Positions 1 to 11,086 of a stretch of DNA of 44,274 bases are shown in pieces. A program made the position numbers and the translations under genes. Where the stretch lies: the NCBI RefSeq assembly GCF_001194135.2, contig NC_068987.1, forward strand, positions 16,418,473-16,462,746. The letters run 5' to 3'. The stretch is from Octopus bimaculoides. Its lineage: Eukaryota. The notes under the pieces were generated by a model. It had not been told where the DNA came from and ran no database searches. It saw only the letters and a program-made list of their open reading frames with translations. How positions within the stretch are numbered: the first letter of the stretch is position 1; each line of letters begins with the position of its first letter.

Positions 1-157
1 ACTCTGTGTCACGCTGAATATCCCCGAGAACTACGTTAAGGGTACACGTGTCTGTGGAGTGCTCAGCCACTTGCACGTTAATTTCACGAGCAGGCTGTTC
101 CGTTGATCGGATCAACTGGAACCCTCGACGTCGTAAGCGACGGAGTGCCAACAACAA
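1..157 (+). mobile_element. 3' part of a ~390-bp tRNA-derived SINE (family C), truncated by the window start
   Basis: Near-identical to the 3' parts of the copies at 23279-23670 and 39813-40202. Ends in GGAGTGCCAAC(AAC)n. Confidence 0.9.
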
Positions 158-434
158 CATGCTTTGATCAATATTAGATATAGCAGAAACGTTCTTTTAA
201 TGGAGTTTAATTAGCACAAATTAGTATGAATTCTCTTGATCGTAATTAACAACACATTTTCGTTTATAGTTTTCTGGGTGCCGGTTACTTCAGAGTTTCG
301 GTTATATGAGTACCGGAAAAGAGGGCGTTTACTCTATTTGTTTTTGTTTTTGTTTTTCAGAGTTCAAGTTACTGTTTGCTTTAATACATTATCTAGAGAC
401 TCATTCATATCTGTTTTATATCTAATTATAATAG

Positions 435-539
435 ACATGCGCAGTACGACTTTTACCCGTTAAACAACATTTACCATTGATCGCCTGCATTTCCTATCAA
501 TTCATCCACGGAGTTAAACCAGCATCTGCTTACAAAATA
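435..539 (+). CDS. IFI30: GILT (gamma-interferon-inducible lysosomal thiol reductase)-like, internal exon
   Basis: Acceptor ataatag|ACA, donor ATA|gtaagt, 105 nt, phase 0-0. Encodes TCAVRLLPVKQHLPLIACISYQFIHGVKPASAYKI, matching the GILT segment after the HGxxEC signature. Splices in frame to 1809. Confidence 0.85.
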
Positions 540-825
540 GTAAGTTTCATACTAAATTTACACTTTTTGTTATATTCATTATACAGAGTGTTGCTATAGT
601 GTGTGTTTGTATGTATGTGTGTGTTCTCGTTTTAATTACTTGAAGTCTTCCCAGAGGAAGGGGATATTTTCTAACCAAGACACTAAGCTCCGTCGTTGGA
701 ATGTAAATAAAAACAAATTCACATTTTAAACTTGAGAAAAGTCTTGCATATGTATGTATGTATTTATGCATGCGAGCGTGTTTGTGTGTGCATGTATATA
801 TATATATATATATGTGTGTGTGTGA

Positions 826-1552
826 AACGTGAAAGAGGTGGTATCCATAATCTTCAAAGATTAAAGAACAACAGCAACAACTGGATGAGTTGAATGCGGT
901 TAATCTTCAAGAATGTGGGGTTTACACCGAACAAACGGGAAAACAAAAGCAATGAGATAACAAAGGATACAAAAATAGAATTCAGAAAAATGAATAAATA
1001 AATAGAATCCGCAATAGCGGGGTAGTACATCCAAGGTAATTCGGAAACGCTCCCTCAACTACCTCACACAAAATGTCCCAGAACACTTTGCCGTCTGCAA
1101 AGCATGTCGGAAGTGTCTTATTCCATTTTTTTTTCTACTTAGAGAAAACATACTCTGAATAGGTATATTCAGCCTTACCAGTCTTGCCAGCTTAATCCAC
1201 CTGTCGATAAATACAATTTGTCTTATAACAAGACTTTGACTCTCATTTCTAGCAATGCTGGTGCTGTCCTGTACCCTCACACCTGGGTCGTCCGAGCGCT
1301 CGCCAGTGTACCCGGCTGGAAACGGGTACTTAGTCTTTCTCAGAGCCGCATCACATGTCACAGCAGTGCCAGAAACCAGAGAAACCAATCCCACCTAAGG
1401 CGTACTAAAACGGACAGCAGGTGGACATCCGGGAGTCTTGACTCGGATGTGGCCCGACCCCCACTAGAGCGTCAGGAGTGAATGGCCAAAACACTTGCCT
1501 AAAGGGGGTTTTTTCTCCTTGAGGACCATCTGCTGTTACGCTGTCCCCGAGA
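826..1552. mobile_element. Unclassified interspersed element in a GILT intron
   Basis: Higher-GC, non-repetitive block sandwiched between (TA)n(TG)n tracts. It has no splice-compatible GILT exon, and its short ORFs are not recognisable. Confidence 0.4.
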
Positions 1553-1808
1553 CTCTTTCCTCTTATATATATATATATATGCATGTGTGTGTGTGCAATG
1601 ACAACATTTTAAGCTTGAAAATATGTTATGATATAGAACTTCACCGACTACGTATTTTGCAATTGTTTTTTGTGTAGATCAATGCTTCTCTCTCTCTCTT
1701 TCTTTTTTCCTCTCTCTTTCTGTTTTCCTCTCTCTTTCTTTTTTTTTCTCTCTCTCTATCTCTCTCACATACACACACACACTACATTCATTTTTTAATA
1801 TTTTTTAG

Positions 1809-1955
1809 TGTGCTGACAAACAACAGATTGATATGAAACCAATACTTGCCTGTTCTCAAAGCGATCAAGGTGTTAATTTTCAGAAAGATATGGCAACAAG
1901 AACTAATCGTTTGAACCCACATAAATCTTATGTTCCTTGGATTGTAGTAAACGGC
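1809..1955 (+). CDS. IFI30: GILT-like internal exon
   Basis: Acceptor ttttttag|TGT, donor GGC|gtaagt, 147 nt, phase 0-0. Encodes CADKQQIDMKPILACSQSDQGVNFQKDMATRTNRLNPHKSYVPWIVVNG, containing the GILT-family YVPWxxxNG motif. Confidence 0.93.
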
Positions 1956-2134
1956 GTAAGTAAAACATTGACTAATTTAATACTTATGTCCATTCACGTA
2001 GTTGGAAAGCCAAGGATTAAGAATATTGGAAAAGGATTGGACAAAAATTCTTTACTTACTTATTTCGGGGCCAACCCAGTCATTTATAATATATACAAAC
2101 ATATATGCATACTTATTTATATGCATCTTACTTA

Positions 2135-2260
2135 CAAGATAAGGCGATAAATGATAACGTATAAATATTAGATTAAAAAACTTTGGGTGGAAAAAGTTGA
2201 AGGTTGCCCTTGGGACTCAAACCTGGCTTTCGACCGTTTCCGTTCTTAAGCCACAAATGC
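2135..2260. repeat. Dispersed ~125-bp repeat, copy 1 (inverted relative to 4587-4710)
   Basis: Its reverse complement aligns by eye to 4587-4710 (catttgtggcttaagaac...ggtcgaa...gcaaccttcaactttttcc.cccaaag). Confidence 0.85.
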
Positions 2261-2587
2261 ACCCGTGCATACGTATATAGGATATCAATAGATGTGGTTA
2301 ATTCTAACAGTAAAAGGCCTCATTCAAGGTGTAGGAATTATACTTAATTACAAGCTGTCTTACATACATACACGCGTACTTACAAGCTAGCTGTCTTACA
2401 TATACATGAACCCACATACATGCATGCATACATACATACGTACAGATACCAGGCAAGTTGAATGCCCGATGGAATATCTTATGTGTTCGTCTGGGCTCTT
2501 TGCGTCTTGACTTGAAATCCACTGGGGTCACCGTAACCTTTTTATCCGTCAGGATCGACAAATAAATTACAAGTCCAACACTAGGTT

Positions 2588-2620
<33 letters not shown>

Positions 2621-2909
2621 CTCTTCTTAAAAGTAATTGGCTGTGGCCAGACATAGTGCCGCCAAGTTTAAAATGCCCTAAATGCGGCCTGTGTAACAAC
2701 GGTGACCCTAAGGCTGCATCAGGAGCTACGGAGGCAACGATTGAAATATATATTTACTTAATCCTCAGAACCCGAAGATTGCGTGAAAGCACCGGATGTG
2801 TTACAAAATGCTGTCTGAGTTGTTTTCATCGCATGAAACTATTAAACTATTAATAACTCATTAAAATATATACTGTAAGAATATAATAGTAATAATAATA
2901 ATAATTCCT

Positions 2910-3117
2910 TCTGCTATAGGCACAAGGCCTGAACTTTTTTGGGAGTGGGGGTAAGTCAATTAGATCGACCCAGTACTCAACTGGTACTTAATTTATCGAC
3001 CACGAAATGATGAAAGTCGAAGTCGACCTCGACGGAATTTGAACTCGAACATAACAGCAAATAAAATACCTCTAAGCATTTTGCCTGGCATGCTAACGAT
3101 TCTGCCAGCTCGCTACC

Positions 3118-3120
<3 letters not shown>
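2910..3120 (-). mobile_element. tRNA-derived SINE, family A (MetaSINE-like central domain)
   Basis: Reverse complement of the head ggtagcgagctggcagaatcgttagc (A box) and gagttcaaattcc (B box), followed by the shared ctttcatc...gtcgataaa...aagtaccag core seen in many copies in this window. Confidence 0.85.
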
Positions 3121-3163
<43 letters not shown>

Positions 3164-3455
3164 TAATAATAATAATATATACACACGCACACAGTCACAT
3201 ACTTAAGGAACATCTAATACACTATACATATACATATATGGTAACCCCACAAATAGTTTTAATCAATTAAGATTACGTCCGTAATTAAAGAAAAGAAATA
3301 TCATTAGTGTTAATGATACTTCTAGGCAAATGTAAGGGAGACAATTTTGAAATTCAAATGGCTCTAAGCTTGAATCGGTATATATAAATGTAATAAGTCT
3401 AGATAACTTTCGATGCGTGTTCACCGTCATTCTTGTTGCTCTGTCTATTTAACAG

Positions 3456-3524
3456 GTCCACACACAATCCATCAACAACAAAGCACGGACAAACTTGATT
3501 CAACTTGTCTGTGATACTTATAAG
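3456..3524 (+). CDS. IFI30: GILT-like penultimate exon
   Basis: Acceptor tttaacag|GTC, donor AAG|gtgagt, 69 nt, phase 0-0. Encodes VHTQSINNKARTNLIQLVCDTYK, with the GILT LxxxVCxxY motif. Confidence 0.9.
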
Positions 3525-3717
3525 GTGAGTAAAGCCCGTTGCTTTATGTTAGTCTAATTAAGCTACCGTATGAAGAAATGATTGAATTAATGTTCAACAA
3601 TACAAGTCGAAATTTTGGAATAGAGATTGAATTACTTAAATCTCATTATATATTCCTAATACACACACATACGTACATGCATACATACGTATGTACATAC
3701 ATACATACATACATACA

Positions 3718-3750
<33 letters not shown>

Positions 3751-3940
3751 GAACCTCGTGGACATCGGTGGCGATTTTTTCTTCCTCCGTTTTTCCCTTC
3801 TTTGAACTTTCCTTGTTTCCGACGAAGAGCTCCGCTCGAAACGTCATACTCTCTCTCTCTTTCCTTTCCCGAGCGTCTAGTAACACTGTCTGTATCACGT
3901 CCTCACGTTGTTGTTTTTTGTCTTTTTCCTTTTTTTGAAC
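3751..3940 (+). mobile_element. Penelope-like element (PLE) terminal-repeat fragment
   Basis: Contains a minimal hammerhead motif with a palindromic GAAACGT stem III, characteristic of PLE pseudo-LTRs. Sits between microsatellites. Confidence 0.55.
3815..3849 (+). ncRNA. Minimal type I hammerhead ribozyme motif (U4C core variant)
   Basis: gttt-CCGACGA-a-GAGC(tcc)GCTC-GAAA-cgTC-atac: 4-bp stem II, palindromic ACGT stem III, stem I with one mismatch. Confidence 0.55.
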
Positions 3941-4248
3941 TTATATGTATACTTACATATATACCTAAGTACACACACACATATATATGTATATATATCT
4001 ATATTGATCCTTACATACATACATTCATACTTGTATATAGATTATACAATTTACCGAAGAGTGTATGTCATAGTCATACCTTCAAACTACAGCCATGTGT
4101 ATGGGTGTATGTGTGTGGCTGTATGCATATATGTGTGTGTGTGTAATTACATGCTTGTGTGAGTATGTATATGTTTATGTATGTAAGCGAGTTTTTTTTA
4201 ACTCAAATATTACACGAATAATAACTTAGCTTTTTCTTTTACTTTTAG

Positions 4249-4284
4249 GGAAGTGATAAACCCGCAGCTTGCTCCAAGTCGTAG
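4249..4284 (+). CDS. IFI30: GILT-like last coding exon
   Basis: Acceptor cttttag|GGA. Encodes GSDKPAACSKS*, completing the typical GILT C-terminal YxGxxPxxC. Confidence 0.88.
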   Translation, partial: GSDKPAACSKS

Positions 4285-4472
4285 ACAACATCGCATGAAG
4301 ATTCTTCCTTTGTTTATTAAGTAATTAATACACACGCGCGCGCGTGCATATACACACGCATACAAACGCACGCATATATGCAGTCATAATATTTTTGTAT
4401 ACTGAAAACGATGATTCTCTACTGAGACGAAACTGGCCAATGATTGTAAGCAATTGTACCCTCAGTCCCCGC

Positions 4473-4478
4473 AATAAA
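4473..4478 (+). promoter_or_regulatory. Candidate polyadenylation signal of the GILT-like gene
   Basis: AATAAA about 190 nt after the stop codon. The motif is common in AT-rich DNA, so support is modest. Confidence 0.4.
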
Positions 4479-4586
4479 TAAATATATATATCCTACACCG
4501 TGACTGAGTTCTTTTACTGTTAGAATTAACCATTCCTAGTAATATTATGTATAAGTATGCGCGCGTGTATGTTTTGTGTGCGCGCA

Positions 4587-4710
4587 CATTTGTGGCTTAA
4601 GAACAGAAAAGGTCGAAGGCTAGGCTCGAGTTCCAGGAGCAACCTTCAACTTTTTCCTCCCAAAGGTTTTTAACCCAGTATTCACACGCTATTATTTATA
4701 GCCTTATCTG
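4587..4710. repeat. Dispersed ~125-bp repeat, copy 2 (inverted relative to 2135-2260)
   Basis: Same by-eye alignment as for 2135-2260. Confidence 0.85.
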
Positions 4711-4717
4711 CTTCGAG

Positions 4718-4754
<37 letters not shown>

Positions 4755-4764
4755 NNNNNNNNNN

Positions 4765-4817
<53 letters not shown>

Positions 4818-4821
4818 AGAC

Positions 4822-5075
4822 AAAAGGTCCCTCTCGAACCATAAGCTCCTAAAGTCGATTTCCTGGATTCTGTGGCGTATATATTCCATATTTCCTTCCT
4901 GTAAGGGATGCCGGCCCGTTGCAGGATCACTAAGTTTTGCCAACTGAACAGACTAGAGCGATGTGAAATGGAGTGTTTTGCTCTGGAGCACTATGCATTG
5001 CTTAGCCCAGGAGTCGAAACCACAATCTTACAATCATGAGTACAACACTACTACACTCTTACCATTAGGCCACAC
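4822..5075 (-). mobile_element. tRNA-derived SINE, family D (CORE-like)
   Basis: Reverse complement has a tRNA-like head (ggtttcgactcctgg B box) and a cagagcaaaacactccatttcac core. Similar to 26765-27010. Confidence 0.75.
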
Positions 5076-6010
5076 ACACACACACGCACACAAACTTTCA
5101 TAGATAGGTAGGTAGATGCAACCAACAAATAAATGTTTCGTTGAAATAATGAAAAGTGTCACGCATCAAAATAGCTTTTCAGTTATTCCAATACATAAAC
5201 CTGTCCCGATTGTCTAGATTAATAAAACGATAACTGTCAAGTATGAACGTAGGAAGTGATACCTACCAAGTATGAATGAATATTTGTATTTCGGACCTAA
5301 CAACTGAATGATAGTACATGAAATATAGATTATGTAAATTATCTTCGAGAATGTGAGCTTTTGGAAATGTACGGTTTAGGTTCAGTTGTTGCTTATTGTA
5401 CTTAATAAACATTTTTCTTTTGACGACGAGTTCATACAAGAATTTTGTCTGTATTATTAATTAGGAAGAATTCGGAGTTTAATAGTTGTGAAAGAATTTT
5501 ATATATATAGGGAAATAAGAAGATAAAGTATATAATGGCTATGTAATATGATATGATATAGTATAATATAATAGAATATAATATCAAAGAATATAATATA
5601 ATATTAATATGGAATAAATGATTACTTTGAAAAGTCAATTTTAGATAATAAAGACAAAGATAATTAAGAGAAGCCAGTTTTGGTGCAGGAGAGGTATGTA
5701 TGTATGTATATTATATATATAAAATTATAATTTAGGGTATCTAAGAGATATCACCACGCTGGAAATAGCGGTCAAAACTTGACTCTAAAACCACATTAAA
5801 TGTTCATATGGCACCAGGAGAGAAGACAAAGAGACAAAATAAACTAGCAAAAAATTACTGGATAATTCCAGATCCTGGATTTCTGGCTCTGCATAAGAAA
5901 TGCTCTGCCTTCTACAGTGGAATATACTCAGAATGCACATAATACAAATATATATATACAACACACGATATACTTACATATACGAACGTATGCATATATA
6001 TATATATATA

Positions 6011-6055
<45 letters not shown>

Positions 6056-6119
6056 CACACTATATATATATATGGGGGGGGGGTCCATATATATAATATA
6101 TACATATGTCATATATATG

Positions 6120-7405
6120 GGGTTCACATAGTTGCCGGATGCTGGTTGGGTGAGAACCATATTGGGCTAAAACTTCCAAAGAGTGACGCAAACGCCAAGT
6201 CCTACTTCGACCTCCTCGTGGTACCACCTGGATCTAAGCCAACAGGAGAGGACGACTGTGGGTGTCTGGCGCAGTATAACCAGGCTGCTCTGAGCAGACG
6301 AGGCTCGTTAGCCATGATCGGCAGTCTGTCTAGGAGAAGTACACTCCAATATAAAACCTGTCATCGTCCCAGCTTGCTGGGCCACGTCAGATGAATACCA
6401 TACTTACCATCGCCTGGTCCGTTGCAGTTGCAAACTTAAATCCTACTTCAAGTCCAAACTAACAAAAAAGACAGGACCGGCCAACAAAAGAAATTCAAAA
6501 CTAATGATCTACAGATAAACGAAGTGAAAGTAAACTTCCAGGTAGGACTATAGGCAAAGCGTGATAAATCTAATCGCCCTTCCGATCCCTCTCCAGAAAT
6601 TCTATGGGAACAACTGAAAACCGCCATCCAACAGACTTCTGTAGAAACATTTGGGTTTACGAAGAAAAAGAACAAGGATTGGTTGGACGAACACGATGTG
6701 CTGATCCAGGAATTATTAAAGAGGAAGAGGTCTGTCCACCAAGCACACCTGGCACAATCGACTTGCCTAGAGAAGAAAGCGGCCTTTCGTCAAGCCTGCA
6801 GCGCAAACTCCGTGAAGTTCAGAATGAGTGGTGGACCAGCCTCGCACGGAGAGCCCAGCTGTGCGCTGACTCTGGCGACTACATGGGGTTCTACGAAGCT
6901 CTCAGAGCAGTCTACGTACGGCTCAGCACATCAAGTCCGGAGTCCCCTGTGCAGCTCAGATAGCCAGGCACTTCTCCTAGACACAGCATCCATCCTCAAT
7001 CGCTGGTCTGAATACTTTCAGGTCCTCTCCAGTACAAACCGAGTAGTTCAGGAAGATGCAATCCCCCACATCCAGCAGCAAGCAGTCCGTGGAATTAAAC
7101 GAGCCTCCAGCCCTGGAAGAGACCACGGTTGCCATATAGGCTGGCTGAAGAGCAGAAAGGCAGCAGGAGTCGATTGCATACCATCAGAGATAAGGAAACA
7201 TGGGGGTCTTGTCATACATGCTAAACTCCATGAGCTCCTCGTTGCATGCTGGGAACAAGGCAAGCTGCCATAATATCTCCACAATACTGTCATCATTACA
7301 CTATACAAAAACAAAGGGGAAAAGTCAGATTGCTCAAACTACCGGGGGATCACCCTGCTTTCCACTGCAGGAAACGTTCTACCAAGATTACTCCTCAACA
7401 GACTT
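6120..7405 (+). mobile_element. Degenerate RTE-clade LINE (5'UTR-like part, end of APE endonuclease, linker, start of RT)
   Basis: Frameshifted peptides YHRLVRC, WEQLKTAI..TFGFTKKKNKDWLDEHD, ILNRWSEYF, KAAGVDCIPSEIRKHGG, IITLYKNKGEKSDCSNYRGITLLSTAGNVLPRLLLNRL. Contains stops and frameshifts and is 3'-truncated. Confidence 0.92.
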
Positions 7406-8501
7406 TATCTGTAATTCTTTTTCATATCTTCCCACTCCTTTTTACATTTTCATTTATATAAAGGGTACCATGTACCTTTCGCAGTCTGTCCTTTACATGG
7501 GTGTTTAAAGTGATAAAATAAACAAATAATTGAATGACTAATGAGTTTCCGCCTCAGAAGAGTTATAATTATAATAATCTAATATTTCATGGCTCACTAC
7601 ATTAACTCTGAACTTCCTGTGATGCACAATATTGCACGAAACTGTCAATTAGCCAGTCGTAAAAGGTACGATATCACAAGAATCGTACTAACCCTGTGTA
7701 CATTCATTTTGGAGGAGGTGAGAAACACTCTAATATAAAGGAGAGAGAAGTCTAAACTTTCTTCTGTCATTCATTTCTGTTCTATGACAAAATCATTACA
7801 AGACTGCGCTGTTGACTCAGAAAATATTCAACTGGCCGTTAAGAGTGAATAATGTTAGCACAGACCTTACTGTTTGGTTGTCATGCAGAGTATGCCCCTA
7901 TATTCATTGGGTAATTTCCTGTGATCTTTCTATTGGACAGATTGGATTGCTTTGTGTTTGAAAGAAACTCAACCGTTTTCTTTTTTTCGCATCAAACAGT
8001 TGTTTAATATGAAACAATAATACATCTCCTCAATCAGTTGTTAGAAAACATAAATGGCTTAACATAAAACTGGTTAATAAACTACCCTGAGAACATGCAC
8101 AAATTTAAAGCTCATATACGCCGAATGAATTTTTGAGTATCTAGAGAACAGACACACACACATACAAGCACACACACACATATATTTCTCTCTCAGTCTC
8201 TCTCTATATATCATATATACACAAACATACATACATACACATATATATACACACACAAACATATACATACATACAACTCACTTTCACTCTGTGTGTATAT
8301 ATATATATGTATATATATATGTAGGTGTATGTGTGTATGTATATATATGTATGTGTGTGTATGTTGTTTCTTCGTAATACCTTATATCTCGGTTTACATC
8401 TGGAAATTTCTGATTTGTTTATAATCGCTTGCGTTTTCTATCCTTCTCCCCTGCTCGCTCTTCCCCTCCCTCCCTCCCTCTCTACCACACACATACAACA
8501 C

Positions 8502-9433
8502 NNNNNNNNNNNNNNNNNNNNNNNNNNNNNNNNNNNNNNNNNNNNNNNNNNNNNNNNNNNNNNNNNNNNNNNNNNNNNNNNNNNNNNNNNNNNNNNNNNN
8601 NNNNNNNNNNNNNNNNNNNNNNNNNNNNNNNNNNNNNNNNNNNNNNNNNNNNNNNNNNNNNNNNNNNNNNNNNNNNNNNNNNNNNNNNNNNNNNNNNNNN
8701 NNNNNNNNNNNNNNNNNNNNNNNNNNNNNNNNNNNNNNNNNNNNNNNNNNNNNNNNNNNNNNNNNNNNNNNNNNNNNNNNNNNNNNNNNNNNNNNNNNNN
8801 NNNNNNNNNNNNNNNNNNNNNNNNNNNNNNNNNNNNNNNNNNNNNNNNNNNNNNNNNNNNNNNNNNNNNNNNNNNNNNNNNNNNNNNNNNNNNNNNNNNN
8901 NNNNNNNNNNNNNNNNNNNNNNNNNNNNNNNNNNNNNNNNNNNNNNNNNNNNNNNNNNNNNNNNNNNNNNNNNNNNNNNNNNNNNNNNNNNNNNNNNNNN
9001 NNNNNNNNNNNNNNNNNNNNNNNNNNNNNNNNNNNNNNNNNNNNNNNNNNNNNNNNNNNNNNNNNNNNNNNNNNNNNNNNNNNNNNNNNNNNNNNNNNNN
9101 NNNNNNNNNNNNNNNNNNNNNNNNNNNNNNNNNNNNNNNNNNNNNNNNNNNNNNNNNNNNNNNNNNNNNNNNNNNNNNNNNNNNNNNNNNNNNNNNNNNN
9201 NNNNNNNNNNNNNNNNNNNNNNNNNNNNNNNNNNNNNNNNNNNNNNNNNNNNNNNNNNNNNNNNNNNNNNNNNNNNNNNNNNNNNNNNNNNNNNNNNNNN
9301 NNNNNNNNNNNNNNNNNNNNNNNNNNNNNNNNNNNNNNNNNNNNNNNNNNNNNNNNNNNNNNNNNNNNNNNNNNNNNNNNNNNNNNNNNNNNNNNNNNNN
9401 NNNNNNNNNNNNNNNNNNNNNNNNNNNNNNNNN
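8502..9433. other. Assembly gap (N run). Other large gaps: 20858-21297, 29235-29901, 30784-30933, 33028-33631, 36759-36927, 43431-43669
   Basis: Directly visible. Most gaps are flanked by microsatellites. Confidence 0.99.
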
Positions 9434-10190
9434 ACCTTAACCACCGCGGCCACCGCCAGCACCACTATTACAACAACAACGATTTTTTTTCAGTTTGCTG
9501 TTTTTCTTTCTGTTTATCATTAGTTATGTCGTTTATCCTTTTTTATTTTTGTAATATGTCTTTCATTTCTTCGAATCCTTTTTTTTTTTTTACCTCTTTC
9601 ATTTCTTCGAATTTTTCTTCCATTTCCTGACTTTATATTTATTAACTAAAACCTTAAGATCATGAATCACTAAAACAAAAACCAAAACCAAAAGAAACAA
9701 AAAAAAAGGAAAAGAAATCTATAAAACATAAGTAATATAACGTGTTAAACCAAACCCAAAATAAACATAAATATTAAAACATCGGTTTGACATGCTTCAA
9801 GCAAAACACAATAATTCAAAGAAGTCAGTCCTCCCTTCTCCATTAACACATAATATCAGCATACAGCAATTTCAATAAGCCAAAGAGAGAGCCTCTATAT
9901 ACGTAGCTGAGCTATCTGATTGAAATTGCTGTTAAATATTCCTCGAAACACATTCTAAAATTGTGGTTGGTTTTCTGTTGTATGACATCGTTGCAGCCTG
10001 GAGAATGAACAAAATAATATTGGCGCACTTTACGTAAAAAGTTAAATAAGGCGCAGCTGTGTGGTAAGAAGATTTTTGTTTTTGCCGAACCACGAAGTTA
10101 CGGAGCCGTAAACACATCAACACCAGTTGTCAAACGGTGGGTAGAGACAACACGTATACAAAGACACATGTATGTATGTATGTATGTATG

Positions 10191-10221
<31 letters not shown>

Positions 10222-10251
10222 TACAAATAATATATGAGTATATGCGTACAA

Positions 10252-10575
10252 GGAAGATCGATACAATGTGACATATCAGCTACCTGGAGACACTGAAAGA
10301 GTTAAGACTCTACTCCCTGGAGCGAAGGCGGGAAAGATATGTAATAATATACATCTGGAAAATCCTAGAAAAACTTGTTCCAAACTTTGGCTTTGTCACT
10401 TACACAAACAGCAGGACAGGGCGCTACTGCATGGTTCCGAAGGTCCCAACATTGCCATCAGGATACAGGACCAGATACTGCAACAGTTTGGAATTCAAAG
10501 GCCCACAGCTCTTCAATACCCTCTCACAAAGCCTGAGAGACCTGCTGATATGTTTGCCAGAGAAACTCTTTGGCC
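10252..10575 (+). mobile_element. CR1-group LINE, ORF2 C-terminal fragment
   Basis: The frame of ORF 10431 extends upstream as LKELRLYSLERRRERYVIIYIWKILEKLVPNFG...RYCNSLEFKGPQLFNTL, the typical post-RT C-terminus of CR1/L2-like elements. Confidence 0.85.
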
Positions 10576-10775
10576 TCGCCGAGGACAAAGCAACCTCATT
10601 AGTACTGCTGCAATAATAAGATACTTCAAGTACACTCAATCAGTCATGCAACTGGCGTTAGGAGGGACATTCAGCCATAGAAAGCACGTTAAAAGTGGAA
10701 TTTCTCCTGGGAAAGGACTGATGGATAATGACTAGTACGGCGCCTGAAGGGGTTTAATATAAGGGTTGAAATTCA

Positions 10776-10851
10776 TCACTTGTTTTCACTATTTATATAT
10801 GAAACAACAGATTTCTCGACAAGCAACATTCGTGACAATTGTAAAATCTGT
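10776..10851 (-). CDS. Candidate exon (copy B, tandem duplicate) of the putative DNAAF9-like gene
   Basis: Acceptor tattttcag|A. Encodes QILQLSRMLLVEKSVVSYINSEN. 5 of the 9 differences from copy A over 20 codons are synonymous. Confidence 0.4.
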
Positions 10852-11010
10852 CTGAAAATACGTTCAGTATACTCTGTCAAATAACAGGCGTTGGGAAGGA
10901 CATCCAACCATAAAAAGCTCGTCAAAAGTGGAATTTCTTCTTGGAAAGAAGGACAGAGCATAATGACTAGTATGGGGTCTGAAGGGGTTAAATATAGGAG
11001 TTCAAATTCA

Positions 11011-11086
11011 TCACTAGTTTTCACTATTTACAAATGAAACAACAGCTTTGTCGACTAGCAGCATTCGTGACAGCTGCAAAATCTGT
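11011..11086 (-). CDS. Candidate exon (copy A) of the putative DNAAF9-like gene
   Basis: Acceptor cattgtcag|A. Encodes QILQLSRMLLVDKAVVSFVNSEN. The donor is weak and uncertain (aata|gtgaaa at 11025). Confidence 0.4.

Noticed and set aside
9912-9997. Minus-strand exon after the strong acceptor ttgttcattctccag|
   Set aside because: All three frames hit a stop without a convincing donor. It could be a terminal exon, but that cannot be supported.
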